From assembly GCA_963826535.1 (NCBI GenBank), contig CAWGXL010000011.1, positions 384,809 to 448,808 on the forward strand: a DNA stretch of 64,000 nt. Reading direction: 5' to 3'. Source of the DNA: an uncultured bacterium. GTDB taxonomy: Bacteria; Patescibacteriota; Microgenomatia; Levybacterales; UBA12049. The position numbers and the translations under genes were made by a program. The notes beneath the pieces are model-generated. The model was not told where the DNA came from. It saw only the letters and a program-made list of their open reading frames with translations, and did not search any database. Positions 62,702 to 64,000 of the stretch are shown here, piece by piece; within the stretch, counting starts at the first letter, position 1, and every line of letters begins with the position of its first letter.

Positions 62702-62768
62702 AGAATTTTCAATTTGAAATTTTCAATTTTCAATCAATTTACAATGTTTCAATTTTCAATTAAAAATT

Positions 62769-63674
62769 ATGACCTTTCTTGAGAAATACGAACTACTGAA
62801 AAAATCTATTCCTGTTCCGGCTATTGTAACTAGAGAATCTGTTGATTGTGAGTATGTAGATTATGCTTATAGATGTAAAAATTGCTATTATTGCCCTTAT
62901 GGATTTAGACTGACTGATAGTATATATACGTATCTTGGTTGGGGCATTAAGCTTGTTGATTGTGATACTGCAACTGAATCCGAAAAGTGTTATGAGTGTA
63001 TTCATTGTAAGAAATGTTACAACTCTACATATCTGATAGATTGCAATAGTTCTACTGATTGTCATTTTTCTTCCTTACTTAACTCGTGTACTGATTGTTT
63101 TGGTTGTGTCAGTCTTACCCATAAGAAATACTGTATATTTAATAAGCAATTCACAAAACAAGAATATTTTAAGAAAGTAGAAGCGAAGAGACGAGAAAAA
63201 CCGGAAAAACTTCTTGAACAAATGCTTGAGCTTAAAAAAACAATCCCACATCCGGCGAGTCAACAATTCGATAGTGAAAACAGTCCGTATGGTAATTATA
63301 TTTACTCGACTAAAAACAGCTTTTGGTGTTTTGACAGTCATTATATGGAAAATTCAGGCTATATTTATACTAGCGGTTTTTCAAAAAGATGTTGGGATAT
63401 GTTTGCAAGCGGAGCAACAATACAAGAAGGTACTTCCTCAGAGTTGTGTTATCAAATTGCTGATTCAGGCGGTTGTTATAACTGCGCATTTCTTTATCGT
63501 TGCGAATACTGTGCTAATTGTTTTTATAGCGATAATCTCATGAATTGTAATGACTGCTTCGGGTGCGTGGGACTAACAAAGAAAAAATATTGCATATTAA
63601 ATAATCAACTTACTAAAGACCAATATGAAAAAGCAATTAAAGTGATCAGAAAAGAGCTTGGGTGGAAAAATTAG
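62769..63674 (+). CDS. Cysteine-rich repeat protein, paralog 2
   Basis: Same length (301 aa) and nearly the same termini as 38287-39192. Confidence 0.85.
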   Translation: MTFLEKYELLKKSIPVPAIVTRESVDCEYVDYAYRCKNCYYCPYGFRLTDSIYTYLGWGIKLVDCDTATESEKCYECIHCKKCYNSTYLIDCNSSTDCHFSSLLNSCTDCFGCVSLTHKKYCIFNKQFTKQEYFKKVEAKRREKPEKLLEQMLELKKTIPHPASQQFDSENSPYGNYIYSTKNSFWCFDSHYMENSGYIYTSGFSKRCWDMFASGATIQEGTSSELCYQIADSGGCYNCAFLYRCEYCANCFYSDNLMNCNDCFGCVGLTKKKYCILNNQLTKDQYEKAIKVIRKELGWKN

Positions 63675-63704
63675 CTAAAAAATTAGGTGCTATAATACTA
63701 AGCA

Positions 63705-64000
63705 ATGACATTTCTTGATAAGTATGAACTCCTAAAAAAATCTGTTCCTGTTCCGGCTGTAACCAGGGTGGATACTTTAGAATCTGAATATTCTGATTTT
63801 ATGGGTATGAGTAAAAATTGCTTCTATTGCTTTCATGGGTACAAACTCGTAGACAGTATGTATTCAATTCACGGATGGGGTGCTGACCTAATAGACTGCC
63901 TTTATACTACGGAATCAGAGCGATGCTACGAGTGTATTGAATCCACAAAGTGTCATAGCTGCACTTATCTTATAGAGTGCAACAACTGTACCGATTGTCA
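63705..64000 (+). CDS. Cysteine-rich repeat protein, paralog 3, 3'-partial
   Basis: Manual translation MTFLDKYELLKKSVPVPAV...SKNCFYCF...SERCYECI..TKCHSCTYLIECNNCTDC; open to the window end. Confidence 0.85.
   Translation, partial: MTFLDKYELLKKSVPVPAVTRVDTLESEYSDFMGMSKNCFYCFHGYKLVDSMYSIHGWGADLIDCLYTTESERCYECIESTKCHSCTYLIECNNCTDC

Overview
64 kb of chromosome from a Patescibacteria (CPR) bacterium, most likely Microgenomates. This is inferred from gene content, archaeal-type PyrH, ATP-dependent ligase and EndoQ, and tRNAs lacking encoded CCA; the code is standard code 11. It carries housekeeping genes (smpB/ssrA, rpiB, rpe, two class A PBPs, murD, tgt, trpS, ftsH, mutM, pyrH, recF, a 5'-3' exonuclease) and eight tRNA genes, interspersed with small accessory modules (VapBC, RelBE-like, two Fic genes, two DUF5678 + aspartic protease pairs, three Cys-rich paralogs). 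The main non-obvious signals are: (1) a 184-nt group I intron splitting an atypical initiator-type tRNA-Met; (2) a SAM-I-like riboswitch plus terminator ahead of an uncharacterised gene; (3) several families of short palindromes and 7-nt repeats inserted in frame, sometimes nested, into conserved genes; (4) a tmRNA with a predicted 31-residue tag; (5) tRNA-Ile(UAU) and tRNA-Arg(GCG); (6) a 162-bp MITE; (7) an unannotated SMR-like gene with one internal stop. All calls were made by eye from motifs; no database search or folding program was run.
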